Assembly (NCBI GenBank): GCA_029219165.1
Contig: JAQXSW010000015.1
Span: 14,487-78,486 of the forward strand
DNA: 64,000 bases
Source of the DNA: Oscillospiraceae bacterium
GTDB lineage: Bacteria; Bacillota; Clostridia; Oscillospirales; Acutalibacteraceae
Direction: 5' to 3'
Shown: piece by piece, positions 18,289 to 26,902 of the stretch
How the letters are laid out: each line of letters starts with the position of its first letter
How positions within the stretch are numbered: position 1 is the stretch's first letter
Position numbers and translations under genes: made by a program
The notes under the pieces: generated by a model
What the model saw: the letters and a program-made list of their open reading frames with translations, nothing else
Told to the model about the DNA's origin: nothing
The model's database searches: none

Positions 18289-20931
18289 TTAGAATTCCAT
18301 TTGATTTTCTGCCACGGAATCCATTGCAATTGCTTCCGCTGAGTTGTTAGAAAGAGCGTTCATTTCAAGCCACTGCTCTTTTGTAATAAGTACTCTACGA
18401 GGCTTTGAACCCTCAAAAGGTCCAATTACGCCGCGTTCTTCAAGTTCATCTACCAAACGTGCAGCACGGGCATAGCCCACTTTAAGTTTAGTCTGCATAA
18501 GAGTTGTAGAAGCTTTTCCTGCCTCAACAACAACTTTAATTGCCTCAGGTAAAAGTTCGTCCCCGTCATCTCCGCCTGATGGCTCATTAACAGTGCCGGA
18601 GGACTTGCTACCACTATCAGAAGCTGCAGCATGTTTGTCAATTTCCTCCAAAACAGCTTCGTTATAAGTAGTTTCACCTTGATTCTTTACAAACTCAATA
18701 ACATCAGAAATTTCCTTATCAGGAACATAGCATCCTTGAATACGAATTGGATTAGATGCACCAACCGGATTAAAGAGCATATCTCCGTTTCCAAGAAGTT
18801 TTTCTGCGCCCATCATATCCAAGATAATTCTTGAATCTGTTCCGTTTGAAACCTTTAGAGCCATACGGCTTGGAATATTAGCCTTAATAAGACCTGTAAT
18901 TACATCTACTCTAGGAGACTGAGTTGCAATTACAAGGTGCATACCGGCTGCACGCGCCATTTGGGCAAGTCTGCAAACTGAATCTTCTACATCTTTAGCA
19001 GCAGCCATCATAAGATCCGCAAACTCATCTATAAAGATTACAATGTGTGGCATAGGTTTCTTGTCCGGATCCATTTTAGAAAGCTCGTTGTAGCCTTTTA
19101 TGTCACGTACATTATTTTCAGAAAAGGACTTATATCTGTTAAGCATTTCCTTAACTGCCCAAGCAAGTGCACCGGATGCCTTTTTGGGATCCGTAACTAC
19201 CGGAATAAGCATGTGTGGAATACCGTTATATCCTGTAAGTTCAACTGATTTAGGGTCAATCATTACAAGCTTAACTTCATCCGGAGAGGCATTGTAGAGA
19301 AGACTTAAAATCATTGAATTCATGCATACAGACTTACCCGAACCGGTTGTGCCGGCAAGAAGAATATGTGGCATTTTTGAAATATCCATTGTTTCAATGT
19401 CACCTGTAATACCACGACCAAGGGCAACGGTGAGCTTGCTCTTTTTAACTCTTTCTTTGTACTCTTTTGACTCAAGGAGTTCACGAAGAGTAATGGAGTC
19501 TCTTCCGGTATTTGGAATTTCAATTCCAACTGCAGCCTTGCCCGGAATTGGAGCCTCAATACGAATACTTGTGGCAGCAAGGCTTAAGGCAATATCATCA
19601 GCAAGGCCTGTTATTTTGTTTATTCTTACGCCCTGTGCAGGTGCAAGCTCATAACGTGTGACAGATGGACCACGACAAATATCAACCAGACTGGTTTCCA
19701 CGCCAAAACTTCTGAGAGCGGAAATTAATTTATCCGCATTCTCCCTCATTTCATTTTCCGAATTTCCGGAAAGATTGAGTTTTGGTGGAGATAGAAGACT
19801 GTATGGAGGAAATTTATATTCAGTAGATTCTGTTTCATCATGTGCTGCAAGTGTTGGCTTTTCAAGCTCCTCCTTCTTTTCTTCAGAAGATTGTGCTGTT
19901 TGAGAAGCATTTTTGTTTGCAGCTTTTTTTATTATGTCATCAAGAAGAACAGATGGCTTTGGTTCCGTCTGCTCAAGAGTTGATAAATTCTTTGCGTTTT
20001 CTGCTTCTTTTGCCATTGCTTCAACGGTTTCTGTACCAAATGTGCCGGCAAATGCTGCAGCCTCTTCAGCCGTAGGAGTTTTCTCCTTGCGCTTTCTTTT
20101 TGGTGTGTCATCATCTGAAAAAACATCTCTTGAAAGTGCTGCCTCAGGACCTAAGTCAACATCCGGATTAAAAGACTTTTGTGCCTCTCTTTGTTCACGT
20201 TTCTCTTTTAGCATTTGAGCACTTATTTCAAGTTGCTCAGCCGCATCATCTTTTACCTTTTTAACAGGCTTTGTCATTCCATCTATAAAGCTTATTAGAG
20301 TCGTTCCTGTAATAAGTAGAATAAAAACCAAAATTAAAAGAATAATTGTTACGCCGGCAGCAGCCTTACTTGCAAAAAGATAAAGAAGTCCACCACCGAT
20401 AATTGCACCAAAAGCACCACCGTTACTGGTTACAAGACCAAGTCTAAATGCCGCAGTAATATCTCCAATATAATCCACAACAGGTACTTCACCCGAGAAA
20501 ATATGGACTGCTGAACAAATAAACAAAGTCAGAACAGAGGCTTCAATTACCTTTGTTCTGGTATTTCCAACAGGTTTATCCAAGGAGAGCATTATAGCCA
20601 AATATAACAAAATTAACGGCCAAACAAATGCACATACGCCAAAAAGTCCAAATAGTACATCTCTGAGTGTTCCCCATATATTTCCGCCCGGAATTACAGT
20701 TACGGCAAAAGTAAATAGAGAAACAAAAAACAGAGCAAGAGCATTAACCTGTCGTCTTTGATTTTCTGCTTTTTCTCTTTCAATATACATTTGGCCATTC
20801 CTTGTATTTTTGGCTTTTGTATTTTTATTTTGAACTGTTTGCTTTGCCCTTGACTGCGTGCCTTTTTGACCTTGTTTTGGTCTTCCTTGCGATTTATTAG
20901 TCACACTTCCGCTTTTTTTGGTGTTCGCCAC
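18289..20931 (-). CDS. ftsK: DNA translocase FtsK/SpoIIIE
   Basis: GTG start. It has N-terminal TM helices, a long low-complexity linker, Walker A GTTGSGKS and a C-terminal gamma wHTH domain. Confidence 0.9.
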   Translation of the reverse strand: MANTKKSGSVTNKSQGRPKQGQKGTQSRAKQTVQNKNTKAKNTRNGQMYIEREKAENQRRQVNALALFFVSLFTFAVTVIPGGNIWGTLRDVLFGLFGVCAFVWPLILLYLAIMLSLDKPVGNTRTKVIEASVLTLFICSAVHIFSGEVPVVDYIGDITAAFRLGLVTSNGGAFGAIIGGGLLYLFASKAAAGVTIILLILVFILLITGTTLISFIDGMTKPVKKVKDDAAEQLEISAQMLKEKREQREAQKSFNPDVDLGPEAALSRDVFSDDDTPKRKRKEKTPTAEEAAAFAGTFGTETVEAMAKEAENAKNLSTLEQTEPKPSVLLDDIIKKAANKNASQTAQSSEEKKEELEKPTLAAHDETESTEYKFPPYSLLSPPKLNLSGNSENEMRENADKLISALRSFGVETSLVDICRGPSVTRYELAPAQGVRINKITGLADDIALSLAATSIRIEAPIPGKAAVGIEIPNTGRDSITLRELLESKEYKERVKKSKLTVALGRGITGDIETMDISKMPHILLAGTTGSGKSVCMNSMILSLLYNASPDEVKLVMIDPKSVELTGYNGIPHMLIPVVTDPKKASGALAWAVKEMLNRYKSFSENNVRDIKGYNELSKMDPDKKPMPHIVIFIDEFADLMMAAAKDVEDSVCRLAQMARAAGMHLVIATQSPRVDVITGLIKANIPSRMALKVSNGTDSRIILDMMGAEKLLGNGDMLFNPVGASNPIRIQGCYVPDKEISDVIEFVKNQGETTYNEAVLEEIDKHAAASDSGSKSSGTVNEPSGGDDGDELLPEAIKVVVEAGKASTTLMQTKLKVGYARAARLVDELEERGVIGPFEGSKPRRVLITKEQWLEMNALSNNSAEAIAMDSVAENQMEF

Positions 20932-20969
20932 TAAAGTTCACCTTCTATACAAATCCTGAATTTTATAAT

Positions 20970-21839
20970 TTAAAACTTTTCAATAGTTCCAAGGATAACA
21001 ACGATTAAACCAATTACCAAACAATAGTATCCAAAGAACTTAAATCTATCTGTTTTTACCAGCATTTCAAGAAGCTTAATTGAAAGAATACCAACTACCG
21101 CAGCAACTATAATTCCAATTATAATTGGAACCGGTTGCATTGCAACTTCTCCACCGGAGAACAAATCCTTAAATTCCAACAAACTTGCTGCCAGTACAGC
21201 AGGGGTTCCAAGAACAAATGAATATCTTACCATGTAGTTTTTATCTACACCACAGAGCATTCCGGTAGAAATAGTTGAGCCGGAACGTGAAACGCCCGGA
21301 AGACAAGCAGCAACAAACTGAGCAAGACCTACTAAAAGTGCGCTTTTCGGAGTTACATGATCTTGGATATTCTTATTATTTTTTGCCTTCTTTGTTCCAA
21401 GAAGAAGAAGAGCCGCTGTAATAAGGAAACAAATTCCTTCAAGAACAATATCATTGTCCCCTGAGAATGAAGAAGCAATATCTTTTACTCTCATATCATT
21501 TCCGACCGGAATTAAAATTAGAAGAAGCGGAACGCAGGAAAGAATCATCATATAGAGCATTTGTCTTTCCGGTGTTAAATTCTTCAAAGTAAATTTACCG
21601 GTAAAAATATCTTTTATTGTGAATGCCAATTCTTTTATGAGTTCAATAAACGTTTTATAATAAACAATAGCCACTGCAATAAGTGTTCCAATATGAAGGA
21701 ATACTGTTAATGCAAGAGAGCCCTCTCCGCTAATATTCATAAAATGCTGAAAAACGGACAAATGTCCGCTACTTGAAATTGGGAGAAATTCTGTTGCACC
21801 TTGCACTATACCCAATATTATTGCCTTTAATATTTCCAT
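20970..21839 (-). CDS. uppP: Undecaprenyl-diphosphate phosphatase
   Basis: Polytopic membrane protein with the EFLPISSSGHL motif. Confidence 0.9.
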   Translation of the reverse strand: MEILKAIILGIVQGATEFLPISSSGHLSVFQHFMNISGEGSLALTVFLHIGTLIAVAIVYYKTFIELIKELAFTIKDIFTGKFTLKNLTPERQMLYMMILSCVPLLLILIPVGNDMRVKDIASSFSGDNDIVLEGICFLITAALLLLGTKKAKNNKNIQDHVTPKSALLVGLAQFVAACLPGVSRSGSTISTGMLCGVDKNYMVRYSFVLGTPAVLAASLLEFKDLFSGGEVAMQPVPIIIGIIVAAVVGILSIKLLEMLVKTDRFKFFGYYCLVIGLIVVILGTIEKF

Positions 21840-22074
21840 GCTACAAACTCCTTTTCCACTAGATATACGGTATACATTATATCAAAACCACAATAAATAG
21901 GCAATATTTAGTTGTAATAAAATAATAACTTGTATAATACAAATATTATATTATTGACAATAAAATAACATTGTTATATTATATAACAAACTTTGTTAAA
22001 AAAGGTCACAACTTTGTGACTTTTCGTTTTTTATGACACTAGTTTAAATTTTAATTCATGGAGTTGAAGATTCA

Positions 22075-24006
22075 GTGGGTTACACACTAAGCCAAAAAAT
22101 TATTAAAAACCACTTAGTTTGTGGTGAAATGAAATTAGGAAATGAAATTGGAATCAGAATTGACCAGACCCTTACTCAAGATGCTACAGGAACAATGGCA
22201 TATCTTGAACTTGAGGCAATGGGTATAGATAGAGTAAAAACAGAGCTCTCTGTTGCATATATTGATCACAATACACTTCAAACCGGATTTGAAAATGCTG
22301 ATGACCACCGCTTTATTCAAAGTGTTTGTAAAAAACGTGGAGTTCGTTTTTCAAGACCCGGTAACGGAATTTGCCACCAGGTTCACCTTGAAAGATTTGG
22401 TGTTCCGGGAAAAACATTAATTGGTTCAGATAGTCACACCCCAACAGGCGGCGGAATTGGTATGCTTGCAATGGGCGCCGGTGGACTTGATGTTGCTGTT
22501 GCAATGGGCGGCGGCGAATATTACATAACCATGCCAAAAATGCTTAAAGTTAACCTTACAGGAAAACTTTCCCCTTGGGTTGCAGCAAAGGATGTAATTC
22601 TTGAAGTTCTTCGTATCCTTTCAGTTAAGGGGGGCGTTGGAAAGATTGTTGAATACTGTGGTGAAGGTGTAAAGACTCTTTCTGTTCCGGAGCGTGCAAC
22701 AATTACAAATATGGGTGCTGAGCTTGGAGCTACAACATCTATCTTCCCTTCTGATGAAATTACAAAGGCATTCTTAAAAGCACAAGGCAGAGAAAATGAC
22801 TGGGTAGAACTTCTTCCGGATGAAGATGCCGTTTATGATGAAGAAATTACTATTAACCTTTCAGAACTTGCTCCTATGGCTGCAATGCCTCATATGCCGG
22901 ACAACGTTAAGAGCGTTACAGAAATAGGCGAGTTAAAAGTTGACCAAGTTTGTATTGGTTCTTGCACAAACTCATCTCTTTCTGACATGCTCAAAGTTGC
23001 TGCCATTTTAAAGGGAAAAAAGGTTGCTCCAAACGTTAGCCTTTCAATTGCTCCGGGCTCAAAGCAAGTTCTTTCAATGCTTGCAACATGCGGAGCTCTT
23101 ACAGATATAATTGATGCAGGTGCAAGAGTTCTTGAATCTGCTTGCGGTCCATGCATTGGTATGGGACAGTCTCCAAACTCTGCCGGTATTTCACTTAGAA
23201 CCTTCAACAGAAACTTTGAAGGTCGTTCCGGCACTGCAGACGCAGGCATTTATCTTGTAAGCCCTGAAGTTGCAGCTGCATCTGCAATTACAGGCGTTCT
23301 TACAGACCCACGTACCCTTGGGGAGGCTCCTTTAATTGAAATGCCGGAGAAGTTCTTAATTAACGACAACATGGTTGAACTTCCTGCATCACCGGAAGAG
23401 GCAAAAGATGTTGAAGTTATCTATGGACCAAACATCAAGCCATTCCCGGAATCTAATGTTTTAACAAACGAAATTGACGCTCCTGCAATCCTCAAGGTCG
23501 GTGACAACATTACAACTGACCACATTATGCCTGCAGGTGCAAAAATTCTTCCTTATCGTTCAAACATTCCATTCCTTTCACAATTCTGCTTCAAACAGTG
23601 TGATGAGCACTTTGCAGAAAACTGTAAGGCTGCCGGACGTGGATTTATTATTGGCGGTCAAAACTATGGTCAGGGCTCATCCCGTGAACATGCAGCTTTA
23701 GTTCCTCTTTATCTTGGAATTAAAGCAGTTATTACAAAGAGTTTTGCTCGTATTCATGCAGCAAACCTTATAAATGCAGGTATTATGCCTCTTACATTTA
23801 AAAACCCTGAAGACTATGACAAGATTTCACAGGGTGAAAAACTTGTTTTAAAGAATGTATTTGAAAGCCTTGACTCAGGCGAATTCATTCTCCTCAACCA
23901 GTCAACAGGTGTTGAAATTCCTCTTGTTGGTGTATTTACTGAAAGACAGAAAGAAATTCTTAAAGCGGGAGATCTTTTACAATACACAAAGAACCAAAAG
24001 GCATAA
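22075..24006 (+). CDS. acn: Aconitate hydratase (about 640-aa clostridial form)
   Basis: GTG start. The Fe-S ligand motifs IGSCTNSS and CGPCIGMG are present, with a swivel domain at the C-terminus. Confidence 0.85.
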   Translation: MGYTLSQKIIKNHLVCGEMKLGNEIGIRIDQTLTQDATGTMAYLELEAMGIDRVKTELSVAYIDHNTLQTGFENADDHRFIQSVCKKRGVRFSRPGNGICHQVHLERFGVPGKTLIGSDSHTPTGGGIGMLAMGAGGLDVAVAMGGGEYYITMPKMLKVNLTGKLSPWVAAKDVILEVLRILSVKGGVGKIVEYCGEGVKTLSVPERATITNMGAELGATTSIFPSDEITKAFLKAQGRENDWVELLPDEDAVYDEEITINLSELAPMAAMPHMPDNVKSVTEIGELKVDQVCIGSCTNSSLSDMLKVAAILKGKKVAPNVSLSIAPGSKQVLSMLATCGALTDIIDAGARVLESACGPCIGMGQSPNSAGISLRTFNRNFEGRSGTADAGIYLVSPEVAAASAITGVLTDPRTLGEAPLIEMPEKFLINDNMVELPASPEEAKDVEVIYGPNIKPFPESNVLTNEIDAPAILKVGDNITTDHIMPAGAKILPYRSNIPFLSQFCFKQCDEHFAENCKAAGRGFIIGGQNYGQGSSREHAALVPLYLGIKAVITKSFARIHAANLINAGIMPLTFKNPEDYDKISQGEKLVLKNVFESLDSGEFILLNQSTGVEIPLVGVFTERQKEILKAGDLLQYTKNQKA

Positions 24007-24026
24007 TTTAGAAAGGAAGTATTTTT

Positions 24027-25184
24027 GTGGACGAAAAATACATAGACTCTGCGGTTGAACAGTTCCGTGGACTTTTAACGCAACAACTTGAGCGTTGTGA
24101 AAAAATGGCACAAAATCAAGGCAAGACAGACTTCTCTTCTCTTGATCAAATAGTTATCGGCGTATGCGGTGGTGACGGAATTGGTCCTATCATTACTGCA
24201 GAAGCTGAACGCCTCCTTCATTTCCTTCTCAGAAATGAAATTGAAAGCGGAAAAGTAAAAATTAAAACAATTGAAGGTCTTACTATAGAAAACAGGCTTG
24301 AAAAGAACGAGCCTGTACCATCTGACGTATTGGCTGAAATAAAAACTTGCAATGTTCTTCTTAAAGGTCCTACAACAACACCTAAGGGAGGCACAATGGA
24401 AAGTGCAAATGTAACTCTCCGTCGTGAACTTGATCTTTTTGCAAATGTTAGACCGGTTAAGGTTCCACAGGAAGGCATTGACTGGATATTCTACAGGGAA
24501 AACACCGAGGGCGAATACGTACTTGGAAGTCGTGGCGTTGAAGTTCCGGAGAAACTTGCATTCGACTTCAAAGTAACAACCGACCTCGGAACCAGAAGAA
24601 TTGCAAAGGCAGCTTTTGACTATGCTGAAAAGAACGGCAAAACGAACGTTGCCATTGTCACAAAAGCAAACATAATGAAGAAAACCGACGGCAAATTCAC
24701 TCAAATTTGCCACGAAGTAGCAAGCGAATATCCAAACATTACCGCAGAAGACTGGTACATAGATATCATGACAGCCAACCTTGTAAATAAGGATATTCGC
24801 AATCAGTTCCAAGTATTCGTTTTGCCTAACCTTTACGGTGATATAATCACCGACGAAGCTGCCCAAATCCAAGGTGGTGTTGGTACTGCAGGCAGTGCCA
24901 ATGTCGGAGATAAATACGCAATGTTTGAAGCAATCCACGGAAGTGCTCCAAGAATGGTTGAAGAAGGTATTGCAGAATATGCTAATCCTTCAAGTATTTT
25001 TAAAGCAACAGAAATGATGCTAAGACATATCGGTTTTTCAGCTATTGCTGACACACTTATGGAAGCAATGGAAATTTGCTCAGAGAAAGAAAAGAAGGTT
25101 GTTGTAACAGGCAACACTGACGGAGCAACCTGCAAAGAATTCGGTGACTATGTAATGGCTACCGTTGAATCTCTTTCTAAATAA
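24027..25184 (+). CDS. Isocitrate/isopropylmalate dehydrogenase family enzyme, probably isocitrate dehydrogenase
   Basis: GTG start after AAGGAAG. The motifs GGDGIGPII and NLYGDIITDEAAQIQGGVGTAGSANVG are present. It lies immediately downstream of the aconitase gene. Confidence 0.7.
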   Translation: MDEKYIDSAVEQFRGLLTQQLERCEKMAQNQGKTDFSSLDQIVIGVCGGDGIGPIITAEAERLLHFLLRNEIESGKVKIKTIEGLTIENRLEKNEPVPSDVLAEIKTCNVLLKGPTTTPKGGTMESANVTLRRELDLFANVRPVKVPQEGIDWIFYRENTEGEYVLGSRGVEVPEKLAFDFKVTTDLGTRRIAKAAFDYAEKNGKTNVAIVTKANIMKKTDGKFTQICHEVASEYPNITAEDWYIDIMTANLVNKDIRNQFQVFVLPNLYGDIITDEAAQIQGGVGTAGSANVGDKYAMFEAIHGSAPRMVEEGIAEYANPSSIFKATEMMLRHIGFSAIADTLMEAMEICSEKEKKVVVTGNTDGATCKEFGDYVMATVESLSK

Positions 25185-25199
25185 TGGAGGACCTATGCT

Positions 25200-25835
25200 A
25201 TGAGTTCAAAATATATTTCAATCTCTGTAATCAAACGACTACCTAGATATTATCGTTTCCTTGGTATGCTCAAAAAGGCCGGAATGGTTAGAATTTCAAG
25301 CAGAGAACTTGCTGAAAGAATGGGACTCTCTGCATCTCAAATTCGTCAAGATTTGAACTGTTTTGGCGGTTTTGGTCAGCAGGGATATGGCTATAACATT
25401 GAAAGCCTACAAAGTGAAATCGGCAAAATACTTGGAGTTGACAAAGGTCTTAGAACAATCCTTATTGGTGCCGGAAACCTTGGAAAGACAATATCCACTC
25501 AAATCGATTTTGCTAACCGTGGATTTGATTTAATTGGTATATTTGATAAGAACGAAGCAATTGCCGGCCAAATTGTCAATGGTCTTCCAATAAGACCTGA
25601 ATCAGACATTGAGGACTTCTGTAAGGAAAACAAAATTGAAGTAGCTGTCATCTGTATTCCTTATGAGCAAGCAATTTCGGTAGTTGACCTTCTTGTAGAA
25701 TGTGGAGTAAAAGGCTTTTGGAACTTCTCTCATTACAACATAAATGAAAAATATCCTAAAGTGGCCGTTGAAAACGTTCATTTCAATGACAGTCTAATGA
25801 CACTTTGCTATCAAATAATAAATCTAGATGAATAA
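25200..25835 (+). CDS. rex: Redox-sensing transcriptional repressor Rex
   Basis: The motifs RLPRYYRFL and SSRELAERMGLSASQIRQDLNCFGGFGQQGYGY are present, followed by a Rossmann GAGNLG. Confidence 0.9.
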   Translation: MSSKYISISVIKRLPRYYRFLGMLKKAGMVRISSRELAERMGLSASQIRQDLNCFGGFGQQGYGYNIESLQSEIGKILGVDKGLRTILIGAGNLGKTISTQIDFANRGFDLIGIFDKNEAIAGQIVNGLPIRPESDIEDFCKENKIEVAVICIPYEQAISVVDLLVECGVKGFWNFSHYNINEKYPKVAVENVHFNDSLMTLCYQIINLDE

Positions 25836-25850
25836 TGTCAGGTGTAATAT

Positions 25851-26531
25851 ATGAAACAAATTGCTGATTCAATGCCGCTTGATATCATTCCTCATCCACG
25901 CGGATTTATAACAGTTGTAGCGGATGGAAAAGATGAACGCGGCAAATTAAAAATAGCCTTCAAATTTTATGACTTCCATGTCGGTAAAATTACAAAGGCA
26001 ACTCGCAATTTCTATGCCGAGTATAAATTTGGGTCTGCTTATAAAGAAATTGCATCACAGATAAAAGATTATATAACATGTACTGTATGCCAAGATCAAA
26101 GAGATTTTATTAACGTTGTATTTCCAACCGGCGAAATTGGAATTTTTGACTATATGGGCACATTAATTTGGACAGGAGACCTATCTTATCATGACTCCCC
26201 TGTTCGTGGTTGTGCTCCGGACGGCAACAATCTTTGGTGTGCCGTTCCTGACCAAAATGCCATTGTAAGATATTCAAAGAAACTGCAACGTGTAGACTTT
26301 AGAATTGGTGGTGCACAGACTACTGCAATAGGAAGACCTATGGCTATTTCAAGATATGATGACGATTTATACGTTTGCTGTAAACTCTCAACAAACATAA
26401 AGAAAATTTCCCTTAAAGATTATGTTGCTGAAGATTACAAAAAATTTGAAGAGCCTGTACTTCGTTATATGAGAACGTATGGACATGAAGTTGTCGTACT
26501 TTCTTCAGGAATATACGTTTTAGACATGTAA
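25851..26531 (+). CDS. Hypothetical protein (226 aa)
   Basis: Clean ORF between rex and spoIIID. I recognise no motif; the composition looks beta-rich. Confidence 0.5.
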   Translation: MKQIADSMPLDIIPHPRGFITVVADGKDERGKLKIAFKFYDFHVGKITKATRNFYAEYKFGSAYKEIASQIKDYITCTVCQDQRDFINVVFPTGEIGIFDYMGTLIWTGDLSYHDSPVRGCAPDGNNLWCAVPDQNAIVRYSKKLQRVDFRIGGAQTTAIGRPMAISRYDDDLYVCCKLSTNIKKISLKDYVAEDYKKFEEPVLRYMRTYGHEVVVLSSGIYVLDM

Positions 26532-26603
26532 AAAATAATTTGTAATAAACACCCCTCCCTTTTTCATAGAATTTAATATCTATGAATGTGGGAGGGTTTT
26601 ATT

Positions 26604-26855
26604 TTGAAGGGTTATGTAGAAGAAAGAGCTAGTATGCTGGGAAGATACATAGTTGAAACAGGCTCAACAATCAGAAAGACCGCAAAAGTTTTTGGTCTTT
26701 CTAAAAGTACTGTTCACGGAGATGTTTCCTCTCGCCTTCAAAAACAGAATCCGGCACTTTATAAGGAAGTTAGAGCAGTTCTTGATAAAAACAAAGCAGA
26801 GCGTCACATACGCGGTGGTATGGCCACAAAACTAAAATATGCTAAAGAAAAATAA
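26604..26855 (+). CDS. spoIIID: Stage III sporulation protein D (DNA-binding)
   Basis: YVEERA...AKVFGLSKSTVHGDVS...ERHIRGG matches SpoIIID. The TTG at 26604 lies 7 nt after GGGAGGG; the in-frame ATG at 26586 is an alternative start. Confidence 0.85.
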   Translation: MKGYVEERASMLGRYIVETGSTIRKTAKVFGLSKSTVHGDVSSRLQKQNPALYKEVRAVLDKNKAERHIRGGMATKLKYAKEK

Positions 26856-26888
26856 AGAGTTCGGTAGCCTTTTGACTACCGAACTCTT
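26855..26888. terminator. Bidirectional terminator between spoIIID and the convergent oxidoreductase gene
   Basis: 13-bp perfect stem AAGAGTTCGGTAG / CTACCGAACTCTT with flanking A and T runs. Confidence 0.65.
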
Positions 26889-26902
26889 ATTTTAGTTATA
26901 TT

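Noticed and set aside
21994-22020. Canonical Rex operator in the acn-icd-rex leader
   Set aside because: TTGTTAA-N5-GTCACAA has the wrong spacing (19 rather than 18 bp). The GTCACAA/TTGTGAC palindrome has everted half-site order. It is reported only as an unexplained hairpin or palindrome.
24075-24938. 287-aa minus-strand ORF covering most of the isocitrate dehydrogenase gene
   Set aside because: It is antisense to a gene with clear family motifs. Its composition is odd (Cys/Phe-rich) and it has no start context.
26548-26600. Inverted repeat CCCTCCC ... GGGAGGG upstream of spoIIID, as an RBS-sequestering hairpin or terminator
   Set aside because: The 3' arm is simply the SD sequence and the loop would be about 30 nt. 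The 5' arm may lie upstream of the transcription start. The evidence is insufficient.
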